Below, piece by piece: positions 29,909 through 40,723 of a DNA stretch of 64,000 nt. The position numbers were made by a program, and so were the translations under genes. The first letter of the stretch is position 1. Each line of letters opens with the position of its first letter. The notes below the pieces were generated by a model that was not told the origin of the DNA, ran no database searches, and saw only the letters and a program-made list of their open reading frames with translations. The stretch spans positions 46 through 64,045 of the forward strand of contig JBKCHQ010000200.1 of assembly GCA_046302715.1 (NCBI GenBank), given 5' to 3'. Source of the stretch: Bacteroidia bacterium (GTDB lineage: Bacteria > Bacteroidota > Bacteroidia > M30B66).

Positions 29909-31452
29909 AAATTAAATATTTAATAGTTCAGTTAGCCATTATATTATTGCCACTTAACCTGTTTTCGCAGGTTGCGTCTGGCGAAAGAGAGTTTTTCTTT
30001 ATCGTAGTAGAGAAAGGTCAAACTCTGTATTCGTTATCGCGGCAGCATAATATCCTCCAGGATTCACTAATTTTCTTTAATCCTCAATTAAAGGACGGAT
30101 TAAAGAAAGACATGCAGCTGCGCATACCGGTTCCTAAAGTTCCTTCAGGAGCCATAATACATGAGGTGAAATCCGGCGAAACCATTTATGGGATTTCGCG
30201 CATCTATAACTTAACAGTGGATGAGCTTACTCAGCAAAATCCAATTATTCAAAGTGGATTAAATGTGGGTATGAAATTAACGGTGTTTCCAAAGCCTAAG
30301 GCGGCACCAGTAGATGTCCCCCCAAAAAAAACGGAGATTACATCAACCGATAGCCTTCCTAAAATAAAGAAATCGGATTGCCTGGTTGATAGTGCAACCC
30401 GAACCGCATTGTATAAAATTGGACTTATATTACCCTTTTCCAGCGGGAGAGGCTTGCTTGCTTCACGCAGCCGCACCGGACTAGAGTTTTATGGAGGATG
30501 TGCCATTGCATTTGATGAGCTCGAAAAAGAAGGATATAACTTGGAGGTTGAGCTTTTTGATACGCAGAGAGATACTGCAGCTATCGAAAACCTTTTAAAA
30601 AACCCTGCTTTGTTGCAGAAAGATATGCTTATTGGACCTTTATATGCCTCTGAATTCAGAGAGATAGCGGAGCTTTCTGCCACCCAAAATATTTTTACGG
30701 TAACACCATTCTCCACAAGTGAGGCTTTAGTGTCAAACTCACCTCATGTTTGCAAGGTTAGTCCCGATGCAGAGATGCAACTTTCGGCGCTTTGCGAACA
30801 TCTTAAAAATGCCAATAATAACTCAAATTTTATCATTGTTAGAAACTCCAACGAAGCCGATAAGCAGCTAGCCAATATATTAAGCTCAAAAATAAAATCA
30901 TTTCCTTCTGCTTCAAAAATCACTTTAACTGAGGCAGATTATGCGTCTTTCGAAAAAGTTTCAGCGGCCCTTGATAAAACCAAAAAGAATATAGTATTCT
31001 TTCCTTCTACTGCACAGGCCGAGGTAATTGAGTTTTGCTTAAATCTCGTTAATGCAGCAAAAGGATATGATGTTGTTCTTGCCGGACTCAATGAATGGAG
31101 CGATTTCGATAAGCTGGATCAGGATCATTTAAACGATTTGAAGTTCATATATGCTTCCACAAATTTTATTGACTACGATCGCTATCAGTCCATCGATTTT
31201 CAAAAGAAATATAAAGCAAAGTATAATAGCGACCCGGGCAACTATTCTTATTTGGGTTACGATATTATGCTATATTTTGGGCGTGCTGTTGCGCAAATAA
31301 AAAAGAATCCCGACTGTATAACTCAGATACAGCCTTATTGCGGTTTGGGTACATGTTTTAAATTTCAACGTCATAGCACTAAGGGCGGAATCGAAAATGT
31401 ATCCTTGCCCATTATTCAGATCAAGGAGTATTTTTACATGAAAGTAAATTAA
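29899..31452 (+). CDS. LysM domain protein with periplasmic-binding-protein-like (type 1 PBP) domain
   Basis: Signal peptide. Two LysM motifs ([17 protein letters not shown]; [21 protein letters not shown]). The C-terminal ~350 aa resembles leucine-binding/ANF-receptor-type PBPs. Confidence 0.6.
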   Translation: MGMKIKYLIVQLAIILLPLNLFSQVASGEREFFFIVVEKGQTLYSLSRQHNILQDSLIFFNPQLKDGLKKDMQLRIPVPKVPSGAIIHEVKSGETIYGISRIYNLTVDELTQQNPIIQSGLNVGMKLTVFPKPKAAPVDVPPKKTEITSTDSLPKIKKSDCLVDSATRTALYKIGLILPFSSGRGLLASRSRTGLEFYGGCAIAFDELEKEGYNLEVELFDTQRDTAAIENLLKNPALLQKDMLIGPLYASEFREIAELSATQNIFTVTPFSTSEALVSNSPHVCKVSPDAEMQLSALCEHLKNANNNSNFIIVRNSNEADKQLANILSSKIKSFPSASKITLTEADYASFEKVSAALDKTKKNIVFFPSTAQAEVIEFCLNLVNAAKGYDVVLAGLNEWSDFDKLDQDHLNDLKFIYASTNFIDYDRYQSIDFQKKYKAKYNSDPGNYSYLGYDIMLYFGRAVAQIKKNPDCITQIQPYCGLGTCFKFQRHSTKGGIENVSLPIIQIKEYFYMKVN

Positions 31453-32348
31453 TGGTAGATAAGCTTGAAGTTGAAACGGCATTTCGCAAACTACAAAATG
31501 AAATAATTGATGCCCTCGAAAAGGCTGATGGATTAGGGGTATTTAGGCGTGACGAATGGAAAAGAGATGGTGGCGGTGGTGGAATAACTGCCATAATGGA
31601 GCAAGGCACGGTAATAGAAAAAGGAGGAGTTAATTTCTCCGCTGTGTTTGGAGAATTAAGTAAGGAGGCTTCAAAGGCATTAGGTGTCGGTGCTGATGCA
31701 TTTTACGCAACGGGTGTTTCTATTGTTCTTCACCCCAAAAATCCGTTTGTCCCTATCATTCATATGAACATTCGCTATTTCGAAACCGAGAATGGGCAGT
31801 ATTGGTTTGGAGGAGGTATTGATCTTACCCCTCATTATGTGGATGAAAACGACGTCCGATATTTTCATGATACGCTAAAAAGAGTATGCGATACCTATAA
31901 TTTAGAGTATTATCCTGAATTTAAAAACTGGGCTGATACTTATTTTTTCCTACCACATCGTAACGAGACACGTGGAGTTGGAGGTATTTTCTTTGATCGT
32001 CTGGATGGCGAAAAACGCAACACTACAAAAAACGAACTGTTCCAATTTGTTTTAGATGTTGGTAAATCTTTTGCGCCCATTTATGTACATTTTATAGAGC
32101 GGCATAAAAATCATCCTTTTACTGACACCCATAGAAAATGGCAATTATTGCGTCGCGGACGTTATGTGGAGTTTAATTTATTATATGATCGGGGTACCCG
32201 ATTTGGTTTGGAAACCGGAGGACGCACCGAATCTATATTAATGAGTTTACCTGCAGAGGCTAATTGGCAATATGATTATACTCCATTACCCGGTAGCCCC
32301 GAAGCGGCAACTTTAAATCAGCTTAAAAAGGGAATTCCCAGAGTTTAA
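31452..32348 (+). CDS. hemF: Oxygen-dependent coproporphyrinogen III oxidase
   Basis: Conserved HemF motifs (RRDEWKRDGGGGGIT, GGGIDLTP, RRGRYVEFNLLYDRGTRFGL). 298 aa. Confidence 0.85.
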   Translation: MVDKLEVETAFRKLQNEIIDALEKADGLGVFRRDEWKRDGGGGGITAIMEQGTVIEKGGVNFSAVFGELSKEASKALGVGADAFYATGVSIVLHPKNPFVPIIHMNIRYFETENGQYWFGGGIDLTPHYVDENDVRYFHDTLKRVCDTYNLEYYPEFKNWADTYFFLPHRNETRGVGGIFFDRLDGEKRNTTKNELFQFVLDVGKSFAPIYVHFIERHKNHPFTDTHRKWQLLRRGRYVEFNLLYDRGTRFGLETGGRTESILMSLPAEANWQYDYTPLPGSPEAATLNQLKKGIPRV

Positions 32349-32363
32349 AAAAAACAAATGAGG

Positions 32364-33008
32364 CTAACGCAGGTCATTGACTTCATAACCAGGAAATTCA
32401 GACGTTTTAAATTGAAATAAGCCAACGTCTGTTGCTTCATTGGTTTTGAATTTCTTGATTTCATAGGTATAAACGTTCCCATTATTACCAAGAATTTCCG
32501 ACTTAACAATTTGCATGGCTGCTTTGTCTATATAAAGCCTAATAGTATTGTAATCTTTTGACTTTGGGTTTAAAGGATACAATTCAATTAAATGTACATC
32601 CTTGGTTCCTACCTTGGTATCCTTAATGAACTTGTTTTTAAATCCCTTTTCATACATGGTAAATATGTTCCTTGGATTTAAGGCATCCTCTCCGCTGCTT
32701 GGGGCGCTGATCTCAACCTCTTTATCTCCTTTAAGGATCTTCCACACTTGCTTCCCATTACAAATCAGAACTTGATCGCCCATATCCAAACGGTAGTTTT
32801 CACCTTTTAGCCACAATTTCCAATTTTGAACCTTATTGATTTTTCTGTCTTTATTAACCAAAGAATATGAAAAATCAGTCACAATGGAACTGTACGATTT
32901 TGTTTTAGCACTGAGCTTATCTAAAATCTGTTTAGCCTGTTTGTCCTGCTGGCCAATTGCAATATGTTGACATGCAATTAATAATACGACTGCAAATATT
33001 TTTTTCAT
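32364..33008 (-). CDS. lolA: LolA-like outer-membrane lipoprotein carrier protein
   Basis: Signal peptide, ~210 aa beta-rich protein. Positioned immediately downstream of ftsK as in many Bacteroidota. Confidence 0.55.
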   Translation of the reverse strand: MKKIFAVVLLIACQHIAIGQQDKQAKQILDKLSAKTKSYSSIVTDFSYSLVNKDRKINKVQNWKLWLKGENYRLDMGDQVLICNGKQVWKILKGDKEVEISAPSSGEDALNPRNIFTMYEKGFKNKFIKDTKVGTKDVHLIELYPLNPKSKDYNTIRLYIDKAAMQIVKSEILGNNGNVYTYEIKKFKTNEATDVGLFQFKTSEFPGYEVNDLR

Positions 33009-33019
33009 CGTTAATCTGT

Positions 33020-35512
33020 TTAGCTGTTTTGGTCGTTCAAAAATTGTTCCAATGAAACCAAATCCTTAAAGATCACCTTTCGAGCTTTGCTACCTTCAAA
33101 CGGCCCAATAATGCCTGCCTTTTCTAATTGATCTATAATTCGGCCTGCCCTGTTATATCCCAATTTTAGTTTTCGTTGTAACAGCGATGCCGAACCTTGC
33201 TGATGCATTACCACAATCTTAGCAGATTCTGCAAACATAACATCTCGGTCGCCAATATCAAAATCATCTTCAGGTTCGGCATTTTCATCGATGTACTCCG
33301 GTAGAATAAACGCCGAAGCATATCCCTGCTGGCTGCCAATAAAATCGCAGATTCTATCTACCTCAGGAGTATCAACAAATGGGCACTGCAAACGAATAAG
33401 GTCGCTACCTGTTGAGAAAAGTAAGTCGCCCCTGCCGATAAGTTGGTCGGCACCGCCCGAATCCAAAATCGTACGAGAATCAATCTTAGAGGTAACTCTA
33501 AAAGCAACTCGAGCCGGGAAGTTAGCCTTAATGGTTCCCGTAATAATATTTACAGAAGGACGCTGTGTGGCAATAATCAAATGTATTCCAATAGCACGGG
33601 CAAGCTGTGCCAGCCTGGCTATAGGGAGTTCTACCTCTTTGCCGGCGGTCATTATAAGATCGGCAAATTCGTCCACCACCAAAACAATGTAAGGCATAAA
33701 ATGGTGTCCCAATTTGGGATTGAGCTTGCGCTCTAAAAACTTGGCATTGTAGTCCTTAATGTTACGAACCATCGCTATTTTAAGGAGCTCGTAACGCTGA
33801 TCCATTAATACACATAGCGAATTTAGCGTGTACACCACCTTTTTTACATCGGTAATGATGGCTTCTTCATTATTAGGAAGCTTAGCCAGAAAGTGTCGCT
33901 CGATTTTACTGAATAACGTAAGTTCAACTTTTTTGGGGTCAACAAGCACAAATTTAATTTGTGCAGGATGCTTCTTATAAAGCAGGGATACCAGAATTGC
34001 ATTCAGTCCAACCGATTTACCTTGACCTGTAGCACCTGCCATAAGGAGATGGGGCATTTTAGCAAGGTCGGCCACAAAATTTTCATTTGAAATGGTTTTT
34101 CCCAAAGCAACTGGCAAGTCCATAGTAGTAGCGGTGAATTTTTCGCTCGTAATGAGCGTTTTCATAGCTACAATTTCGGGATGCTGATTGGGAACCTCAA
34201 TGCCAATGGTGCCCTTGCCCGGCATCGGTGCTATAATACGTATGCCGAGAGCAGATAGACTAAGCGCGATATCGTCTTCCAGATTTTTTATTTTGGAAAT
34301 ACGCACGCCAGCCGCAGGAATTATTTCATAAAGTGTAACTGTTGGGCCAATACTGGCGCTGATTTTAGCTATTTCGATACCATAGCTTTTAAGGGTATCA
34401 ATGATGCGGTTAGAGTTAGCCTCTAATTCGGCTTTGTCTACACGAGCCTTGTTACTGCCGTGATTGTCCAGCAAGTCTGGATCGGGGAATTTATAATTAG
34501 AAAGATCTTTAGTAGGATCATAAGCTTCCACATCAAAGTCTTCATTCTCAGAAAGGATGTCGGTGAGGTTCATCCGTTCTTTCTCTTCTTCACTTAACAT
34601 TTGATGTTCTGATGCATCTAGATCGTCGATTTCAGGATCTTTAATGGGTTCTAATATTTCTAAAGCCGGCATGCCCTCGGTAGCAGATTCGTGATCTGCA
34701 AGATGCCCCTCAACCTCTAAAACAAAGGGCGTTTCCTCTTCGCTGCCATTTTCAAGATCCGTCTCATTTTCATCTTCTTCGAACTCATCGTTTTCATCCT
34801 CTGCATTTAAAATGGTAACCTCCGGTCTCAATTTATTCATACTGCTTTCTTCAACTGCAGGTGGAGGAACTACAGCCAATTTTTTTTCAGGTATTTTGAA
34901 TGAAAACTTAAACTCTAGCATTAAGAAAACAATCAAACCAAAAACAAGCACAAACGCAGTCCCCGGCACACCAATTACACTTGTGAGGTATTCTTTGAGA
35001 TGAAATCCAAATCCACCATAAACCAAATCATTCGCAAAAATTAAAGCAGTTCCGGTAGATAAAAAGATCAAACAGAAAAGCGAATAGAACAGGGTTTTTT
35101 TAATGGGCAGCAGATTAAATGCAAAAAACATTTTAAAGCCCATTATAAATAAGCAGAAAGCAATAAGAAAGGACGAAATACCAAACCACTTATTAATTAG
35201 GATGTAGGATGCAAATGCTCCCAACTCGCCCATACGGTTTTGAACCTCGTTTTTTGAGTCGGAAATGAGTTTATACCAAGGTACATCCTTTACCTTATCG
35301 TAATCATTTTCCCAATTAAAAACATGCGATGTGAATGAAAAAATCAGAAAAAGCGAAACAATGAGCAAGAATAATCCCGTAATTCGGATAAATGATTCCG
35401 ATTTAAAAAAATCAAAAACGCCCGAGGCCTTAGGCTTCTTGGTTTTTTTGTCAGTAACCTGCTCCTTGCTTTTGTTTTCTTCTGTTTTAATTCGGTTGGC
35501 TTTTACGCTCAT
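33020..35512 (-). CDS. ftsK: DNA translocase FtsK
   Basis: N-terminal TM helices, acidic linker, motor domain with Walker A (GATGQGKSV) and C-terminal gamma winged helix (LLQRKLKLGYNRAGRIIDQLE). Confidence 0.9.
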   Translation of the reverse strand: MSVKANRIKTEENKSKEQVTDKKTKKPKASGVFDFFKSESFIRITGLFLLIVSLFLIFSFTSHVFNWENDYDKVKDVPWYKLISDSKNEVQNRMGELGAFASYILINKWFGISSFLIAFCLFIMGFKMFFAFNLLPIKKTLFYSLFCLIFLSTGTALIFANDLVYGGFGFHLKEYLTSVIGVPGTAFVLVFGLIVFLMLEFKFSFKIPEKKLAVVPPPAVEESSMNKLRPEVTILNAEDENDEFEEDENETDLENGSEEETPFVLEVEGHLADHESATEGMPALEILEPIKDPEIDDLDASEHQMLSEEEKERMNLTDILSENEDFDVEAYDPTKDLSNYKFPDPDLLDNHGSNKARVDKAELEANSNRIIDTLKSYGIEIAKISASIGPTVTLYEIIPAAGVRISKIKNLEDDIALSLSALGIRIIAPMPGKGTIGIEVPNQHPEIVAMKTLITSEKFTATTMDLPVALGKTISNENFVADLAKMPHLLMAGATGQGKSVGLNAILVSLLYKKHPAQIKFVLVDPKKVELTLFSKIERHFLAKLPNNEEAIITDVKKVVYTLNSLCVLMDQRYELLKIAMVRNIKDYNAKFLERKLNPKLGHHFMPYIVLVVDEFADLIMTAGKEVELPIARLAQLARAIGIHLIIATQRPSVNIITGTIKANFPARVAFRVTSKIDSRTILDSGGADQLIGRGDLLFSTGSDLIRLQCPFVDTPEVDRICDFIGSQQGYASAFILPEYIDENAEPEDDFDIGDRDVMFAESAKIVVMHQQGSASLLQRKLKLGYNRAGRIIDQLEKAGIIGPFEGSKARKVIFKDLVSLEQFLNDQNS

Positions 35513-35600
35513 TCTAAGGGGTGATTCTATACAAAATTCGCATGCAAGAGCGAATGTTTAATGCTACCGTAATTCCTTTTTCATCTAGTTTTCAACACGT

Positions 35601-36263
35601 CTAACGGCCGCCATACTTCTGCATCAGCTCTTCTCGTGTAGTACGCTGGTAATCTGTTGGTATATCAAACATTTTATCAGCAACCTCTTGGGGTATCACT
35701 TCCTTTGCAGTAAGTTTCATAGTTAATCCTTCTTGCGTTATCGAAAATTCCATGAGGGTGCCTTTAAGCTGAGCAAAACGTTGTTCAATTAAACGCGAAT
35801 TGGTATTGATTTCGTCTGTAAACCAAACATCGGCATTCCTTTCTTCTCCGGTAGAGGTATCAATATAGGAGAGTTGGACCCTTTTACATAAATAGCCGGC
35901 TATAGTTTTGGTCTCACTAGTGTTAAGCACCTTATAATTTTTTGTTTCAACGCCGTATTCTTCATTCAACGGCTCCTCAATGGCATATTTGTTTCCCAGA
36001 AAGTTGAGCAGATTGGTGGTTTTTTTTCCTTCCAAATCAGTAATGGTAATATTACTCATTCCCATAGGCAGTTCAGCCTCCATTCTGGATTTGTTTCCCT
36101 TAACATAATAGGCCGACTTTTTAGGCATCATCATTTGCGCTCTGGCGTCCAAATCTTTGCCGGTCTCAATCTCATACAGGATTTTTCCTTCAAATAGCTG
36201 TGCTTTTAGCGGAATGATATAGCAGAATATCGCAATTAGAAATGTAAATCGAATAAGAATCAT
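35601..36263 (-). CDS. Hypothetical secreted protein
   Basis: Signal peptide (FLIAIFCYIIPLKAQ). No recognisable motifs. Confidence 0.4.
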   Translation of the reverse strand: MILIRFTFLIAIFCYIIPLKAQLFEGKILYEIETGKDLDARAQMMMPKKSAYYVKGNKSRMEAELPMGMSNITITDLEGKKTTNLLNFLGNKYAIEEPLNEEYGVETKNYKVLNTSETKTIAGYLCKRVQLSYIDTSTGEERNADVWFTDEINTNSRLIEQRFAQLKGTLMEFSITQEGLTMKLTAKEVIPQEVADKMFDIPTDYQRTTREELMQKYGGR

Positions 36264-36308
36264 AGCAATAAATTAGATTTTAAATGTACAATGATTACAA
36301 TTTAAAAA

Positions 36309-37721
36309 CTAGTAGTATCCTAGTGTTTTTAGCATGGACTTGTAGCTTTGCTCTTTTCCGAAAATATAGGTGCTCAATGCTCCATTTTCATCTTTAGAAA
36401 CAATTACATGCTTAGGTGCCGGAATCAAACAATGCTGTATGCCACCGTATCCACCTAAAGATTCCTGATAAGCACCGGTATGAAAAAATCCGATATAAAG
36501 CGGATTTTCGGAGATTTCTTCTTCCTCAACCTTAGGTAAAAACACCTGACTTATGTGGGCTTCGGCATTGTAGTAATCGAGGCTATCGCAGGTTAAGCCA
36601 CCCAGATTTACACGTTTGTATTCACGGTTCCAATGATTAATAGCTAACAAAATGAAACGCTGGTTAATGCCCCAGGTGTCGGGCAGCGTGGTTATAAACG
36701 AACTGTCAATCATGTACCAGTTTTCGGTATCATTCTGTTGCTTTAAATCAATAATCGAAAAAAGTGTAGCACCGCTTTCTCCTACAGTAAACGAACCGAA
36801 TTCAGTAAAAATATTAGGCTCATCTACGCCCTGTTGGTTACAAAAACTCTTAATCTGGCGAATAATTTCTTCAATCATGTATTCATAGTCAAATTCGAAA
36901 GCCAGCGAATTGCGGATGGGCAGACCGCCTCCAATGTTTAATGAATCCAACTCGGGACAAATCTTCTTTAAATCGCAATATACCTGAAGGCATTTTGAAA
37001 GTTCGCTCCAATAGTAAACGGTATCTCGGATGCCTGAATTAATGAAAAAATGAAGCATTTTTAGCTCAAAACGCTTGTCCTTCTCTATATGGTCTTCGTA
37101 GAACTGTAAAATATCTTTGTAACGAATGCCCAAACGTGAAGTGTAAAACTCAAATGTTGGCTCCTCTTCTGAGGCGATACGGATGCCGATTTTTGTTTTT
37201 CCTTTTAAATGCTCCTTGTAATAATTGATTTCGTTTTTTGAATCGAGAATGGGAATTAAATTTTCAAAGCCCTCATTTTTCAGCTCAACAATAAACTCTT
37301 GATACATAGGCCTTTTGTAGCCATTGCAGATTATGTATTTATCTTTTGAAATCAGGCCTTTTTCATGAAGCTCCTTAATTATGGGCATATCATAGGCCGA
37401 TGATGTTTCAATATGGACGTCGTTCTTAAGAACTTCTTCTAGAACAAATGAAAATTGCGAACTTTTGGTGCAATAGCAATAAACATACTTGCCTTTGTAA
37501 TCGGCTTTTGCCATTCCCACATTAAACATTATTTTTGCTTTCTGTATCTGCTCGCTGATCTTTGGCAAATACGTTATTTTTAAAGGAGTTCCGTACTGTT
37601 CAATAATATCCATAAGCGGAATTTCATTAAAAAATAGCTCATGATCCTGAACTTCGAAACCTTTTTGTGGAAACTCAAAGGTTTGTTTGATTAGGTCTTC
37701 GTACTTATTCTTCATGTCCAT
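36309..37721 (-). CDS. speA: Arginine decarboxylase (short Flavobacteriia/Cytophagia-type, fold III PLP enzyme)
   Basis: Fold-type III PLP decarboxylase pattern (YCYCTKSS...HIETSS, FEFYTSRLGI, GGYGG). Divergent from an agmatinase-like gene. Confidence 0.7.
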   Translation of the reverse strand: MDMKNKYEDLIKQTFEFPQKGFEVQDHELFFNEIPLMDIIEQYGTPLKITYLPKISEQIQKAKIMFNVGMAKADYKGKYVYCYCTKSSQFSFVLEEVLKNDVHIETSSAYDMPIIKELHEKGLISKDKYIICNGYKRPMYQEFIVELKNEGFENLIPILDSKNEINYYKEHLKGKTKIGIRIASEEEPTFEFYTSRLGIRYKDILQFYEDHIEKDKRFELKMLHFFINSGIRDTVYYWSELSKCLQVYCDLKKICPELDSLNIGGGLPIRNSLAFEFDYEYMIEEIIRQIKSFCNQQGVDEPNIFTEFGSFTVGESGATLFSIIDLKQQNDTENWYMIDSSFITTLPDTWGINQRFILLAINHWNREYKRVNLGGLTCDSLDYYNAEAHISQVFLPKVEEEEISENPLYIGFFHTGAYQESLGGYGGIQHCLIPAPKHVIVSKDENGALSTYIFGKEQSYKSMLKTLGYY

Positions 37722-37804
37722 CTTTAGGGCGGTGTTAATAGGTTTGATATTTTTTGCAAAAGTAAGTAACTTACTTATATAATTTTCAGCGGGAAGTAAC
37801 TTAA

Positions 37805-38767
37805 ATGAATTTTATGCGAAAGCCAAAAATTATATTACTCCGCTCTGAGCTTGGTGCCGGAACACGTGGTGCAAGTTTGGGGGTGGATGCCTTAAAAATT
37901 GCGGCTATTGATTTACAAAGCGACTATTTTAAGAAACACTCTTGTATAGAAGTTGAGGATGAAAACTGGATGCTACTCGAAAAAATTATCTTCAAGTATG
38001 CTAAACGAATCAAAGGAATTAATAAAATATATGAGCGCCTTACTAAATCAGTTGCAAAAGTTTGTAAAAAGCCCAGTCAGTTTCCGGTAGTATTAGCCGG
38101 TGATCACAGTACAGCCGGTGGTACCATTGCCGGAATTAAAGCAGCCTTCCCTGATTTGTGTTTAGGAGTTGTTTGGATCGATGCGCATGCCGATTTACAT
38201 TCGCCATACACCACTCCTTCAGGTAATATTCACGGTATGCCACTGGCAACAGCATTGGCTGAAGATAATTTGGAATCGCAATCTAATGATATCGACGAGA
38301 AAACTATTTCCATGTGGGAAAAGCTTAAAAATATTGGAGGAATTACTCCAAAAATTAAGTATTCCGATTTGGTATATGTGGGTTTGAGAGATACCGAAGC
38401 ACAGGAAGATTATTTAATCGAGAAGCATAATGTGCGTGTTTTTCGAACAAAGGAAGTACGCCAGAATGGAGCTATTGAAACAGCAGAAGAGATTTTACAA
38501 TATCTGAAACATTGCGATAAAATTTATGTTTCCTTTGATGTGGATTCGCTGGATCCGAAAATTTCAACCGGCACAGGAACCCCTGTCCCAATGGGATTGA
38601 GATATAAAGAAGCTCGCGATTTGCTCAATACACTTTGCGCCGATCCGCGTCTGTGCTGTCTTGAATTTGTGGAAATAAATCCCACTTTAGATACCGAAAA
38701 TGCAATGGCAGAAACTGCTTTTAAGTTACTTGAGTCGGCAACGGATGTTGCTATGCAATCACATTAG
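37805..38767 (+). CDS. speB: Arginase-family ureohydrolase, probable agmatinase
   Basis: Metal-binding motifs (GDHS, DAHADL, SFDVDSLDP). Function inferred from pairing with arginine decarboxylase. Confidence 0.65.
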   Translation: MNFMRKPKIILLRSELGAGTRGASLGVDALKIAAIDLQSDYFKKHSCIEVEDENWMLLEKIIFKYAKRIKGINKIYERLTKSVAKVCKKPSQFPVVLAGDHSTAGGTIAGIKAAFPDLCLGVVWIDAHADLHSPYTTPSGNIHGMPLATALAEDNLESQSNDIDEKTISMWEKLKNIGGITPKIKYSDLVYVGLRDTEAQEDYLIEKHNVRVFRTKEVRQNGAIETAEEILQYLKHCDKIYVSFDVDSLDPKISTGTGTPVPMGLRYKEARDLLNTLCADPRLCCLEFVEINPTLDTENAMAETAFKLLESATDVAMQSH

Positions 38768-38770
38768 ATT

Positions 38771-40645
38771 ATGAAAATTTCTCCTCAGTTATGGTTTGCT
38801 GATGCTATAAAAGCCACCCTCAATAATCTTTACCCTGGCCTAGATGATACCGCTATCGTAATACAGGAAACCCGTAAAGATGTTGAAGGTGATTTTACCT
38901 TAGTGTGTTTTGGTCTAACCCGTTATTCTCAAAAAAATCCTGCTCAAACGGCCGAAGAAATCGGGGTCGCATTTTGTCAGTCTTATCCCGAATCCAAGGG
39001 CTTTTCTGTAATTAATGGCTTTTTAAATATTACCCTCCATTTTAGCTATTGGTGTGCTTTTCTTGAGAGTTTTAGCCCGACTGAACGTCAAAAACCTTCA
39101 GATGTTCAACGTTTATTAATCGAATATTCTTCCCCTAATACCAATAAGCCTTTGCATCTTGGGCATATTCGAAATATTCTCCTTGGTTTTTCGTTGAGCC
39201 GTATTGCCGAAGCGAGCGGAAAAGAGGTGGTTAAGGTGAATCTTGTGAACGATCGGGGCATCCACATTTGTAAATCAATGGTGGCATGGCAGAAATTTGG
39301 TAATGGCGAAACTCCAGAATCGTCAGGAATTAAAGGCGATCATTTGGTGGGCAAATATTATGTGCTCTTTGATAAGCATCTGCAAATTCAAACGGCTCCT
39401 ATTCTTGAACAAATTATTGCCTCAGATTACGCTAAGTTATCGCCTGAAATGGCGTCCAAAGCTAAAACCCTAGTTGATAAGCTTAGTACTGCTGATGCAG
39501 ATAAGAGCTCCGAAATAAAGGCCGAACTTAAGCGAATGGCTTCCAATGCGAGTCCAATAATGATGGAAGCGCAAGAGATGCTTCGTCAATGGGAAGCCGG
39601 AAATACCGAAGTTATTTCGCTTTGGAAAATGATGAACCAATGGGTTTACATTGGATTCGATGAAACATATGCACGCTTAGGCGTTGATTTTGATCGCACC
39701 TATTATGAATCAGAAACCTATCTCTTGGGCAAAACGCTTGTTGATGAAGGCGAACGAAACGGGGCATTGTATCGTAAGGACGACGCTTCGATCTGGATTG
39801 ATTTATCCGATGTTGGTCTTGATCAAAAGTTGCTGCTCCGTTCCGATGGCACTTCGGTTTATATGACACAAGATTTAGGTACAGCCTTGCTGCGCCATCA
39901 GGATTATCATGCCAACAACTACGTTTATGTGGTGGGTAACGAGCAGGATTACCATTTTAAAGTATTGCGCGAAACACTTCTCAAAATGGGCTATCCATGG
40001 GCAGATGGCATTTATCATCTTTCATATGGCATGGTTGATTTGCCCAGCGGAAAAATGAAATCCAGAGAAGGAACGGTAGTTGATGCCGACGATCTTATGG
40101 ATGAGGTTATTGCTGAGGCTAAGGCAAAGTCGGAAGAATTAGGTAAAGGCAATGAAGATTTGCCCCAAGTGCTTCATCACCAGGTAGGAATGGCTGCGCT
40201 CAAATATTACATTCTCAAAGTTGATCCTAAAAAACGGATGGTGTTTAATCCTTCTGAGTCTATTGATATAAATGGAAATACAGGACCTTTTATTCAATAC
40301 ACCTATGCGCGCATTCAAAGTGTTTTACGAAAGTCGGAGGCGCATAATGTTTCATTAAACGGTGCTACCATTGAATCTGAACCTACTCATAATTTGCTCA
40401 TCCGTACCATAGAGCGTTACCATGCTACGGTAAACGATGCGGCTAAAAGCTACAATCCCTCATTAATTGCCAATTATGCTTTTGAACTGGCAAAGCTCTT
40501 TAATCAATTTTACCATGATTTTTCTATTTTAAAAGAGTCGGATATTGATAAAAAGAATTTACGCCTCATTATAGCTAAAAAAACAGCCGAAACACTAAAA
40601 CATGCTATGTTTTTATTGGGTATTGAGATGCCCGAAAGAATGTAG
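38771..40645 (+). CDS. argS: Arginine--tRNA ligase
   Basis: Class I HIGH-type motif (NKPLHLGHIRN), KMSK-like region (GKMKSREG) and a DALR anticodon-binding C-terminus. Confidence 0.9.
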   Translation: MKISPQLWFADAIKATLNNLYPGLDDTAIVIQETRKDVEGDFTLVCFGLTRYSQKNPAQTAEEIGVAFCQSYPESKGFSVINGFLNITLHFSYWCAFLESFSPTERQKPSDVQRLLIEYSSPNTNKPLHLGHIRNILLGFSLSRIAEASGKEVVKVNLVNDRGIHICKSMVAWQKFGNGETPESSGIKGDHLVGKYYVLFDKHLQIQTAPILEQIIASDYAKLSPEMASKAKTLVDKLSTADADKSSEIKAELKRMASNASPIMMEAQEMLRQWEAGNTEVISLWKMMNQWVYIGFDETYARLGVDFDRTYYESETYLLGKTLVDEGERNGALYRKDDASIWIDLSDVGLDQKLLLRSDGTSVYMTQDLGTALLRHQDYHANNYVYVVGNEQDYHFKVLRETLLKMGYPWADGIYHLSYGMVDLPSGKMKSREGTVVDADDLMDEVIAEAKAKSEELGKGNEDLPQVLHHQVGMAALKYYILKVDPKKRMVFNPSESIDINGNTGPFIQYTYARIQSVLRKSEAHNVSLNGATIESEPTHNLLIRTIERYHATVNDAAKSYNPSLIANYAFELAKLFNQFYHDFSILKESDIDKKNLRLIIAKKTAETLKHAMFLLGIEMPERM

Positions 40646-40723
40646 TAATATAGGTTTATTGCGATACAAATACTTAAAGGGTTTTCTTAATTTTGTGACC
40701 CTTTAATAAAAATATGGATTTCT

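Noticed and set aside
40646-40723. Possible terminator hairpin after argS (AAAGGGT…ACCCTTT)
   Set aside because: The stem is only 7 bp with a ~15-nt loop and lacks a clear T-tract, so it was not called.
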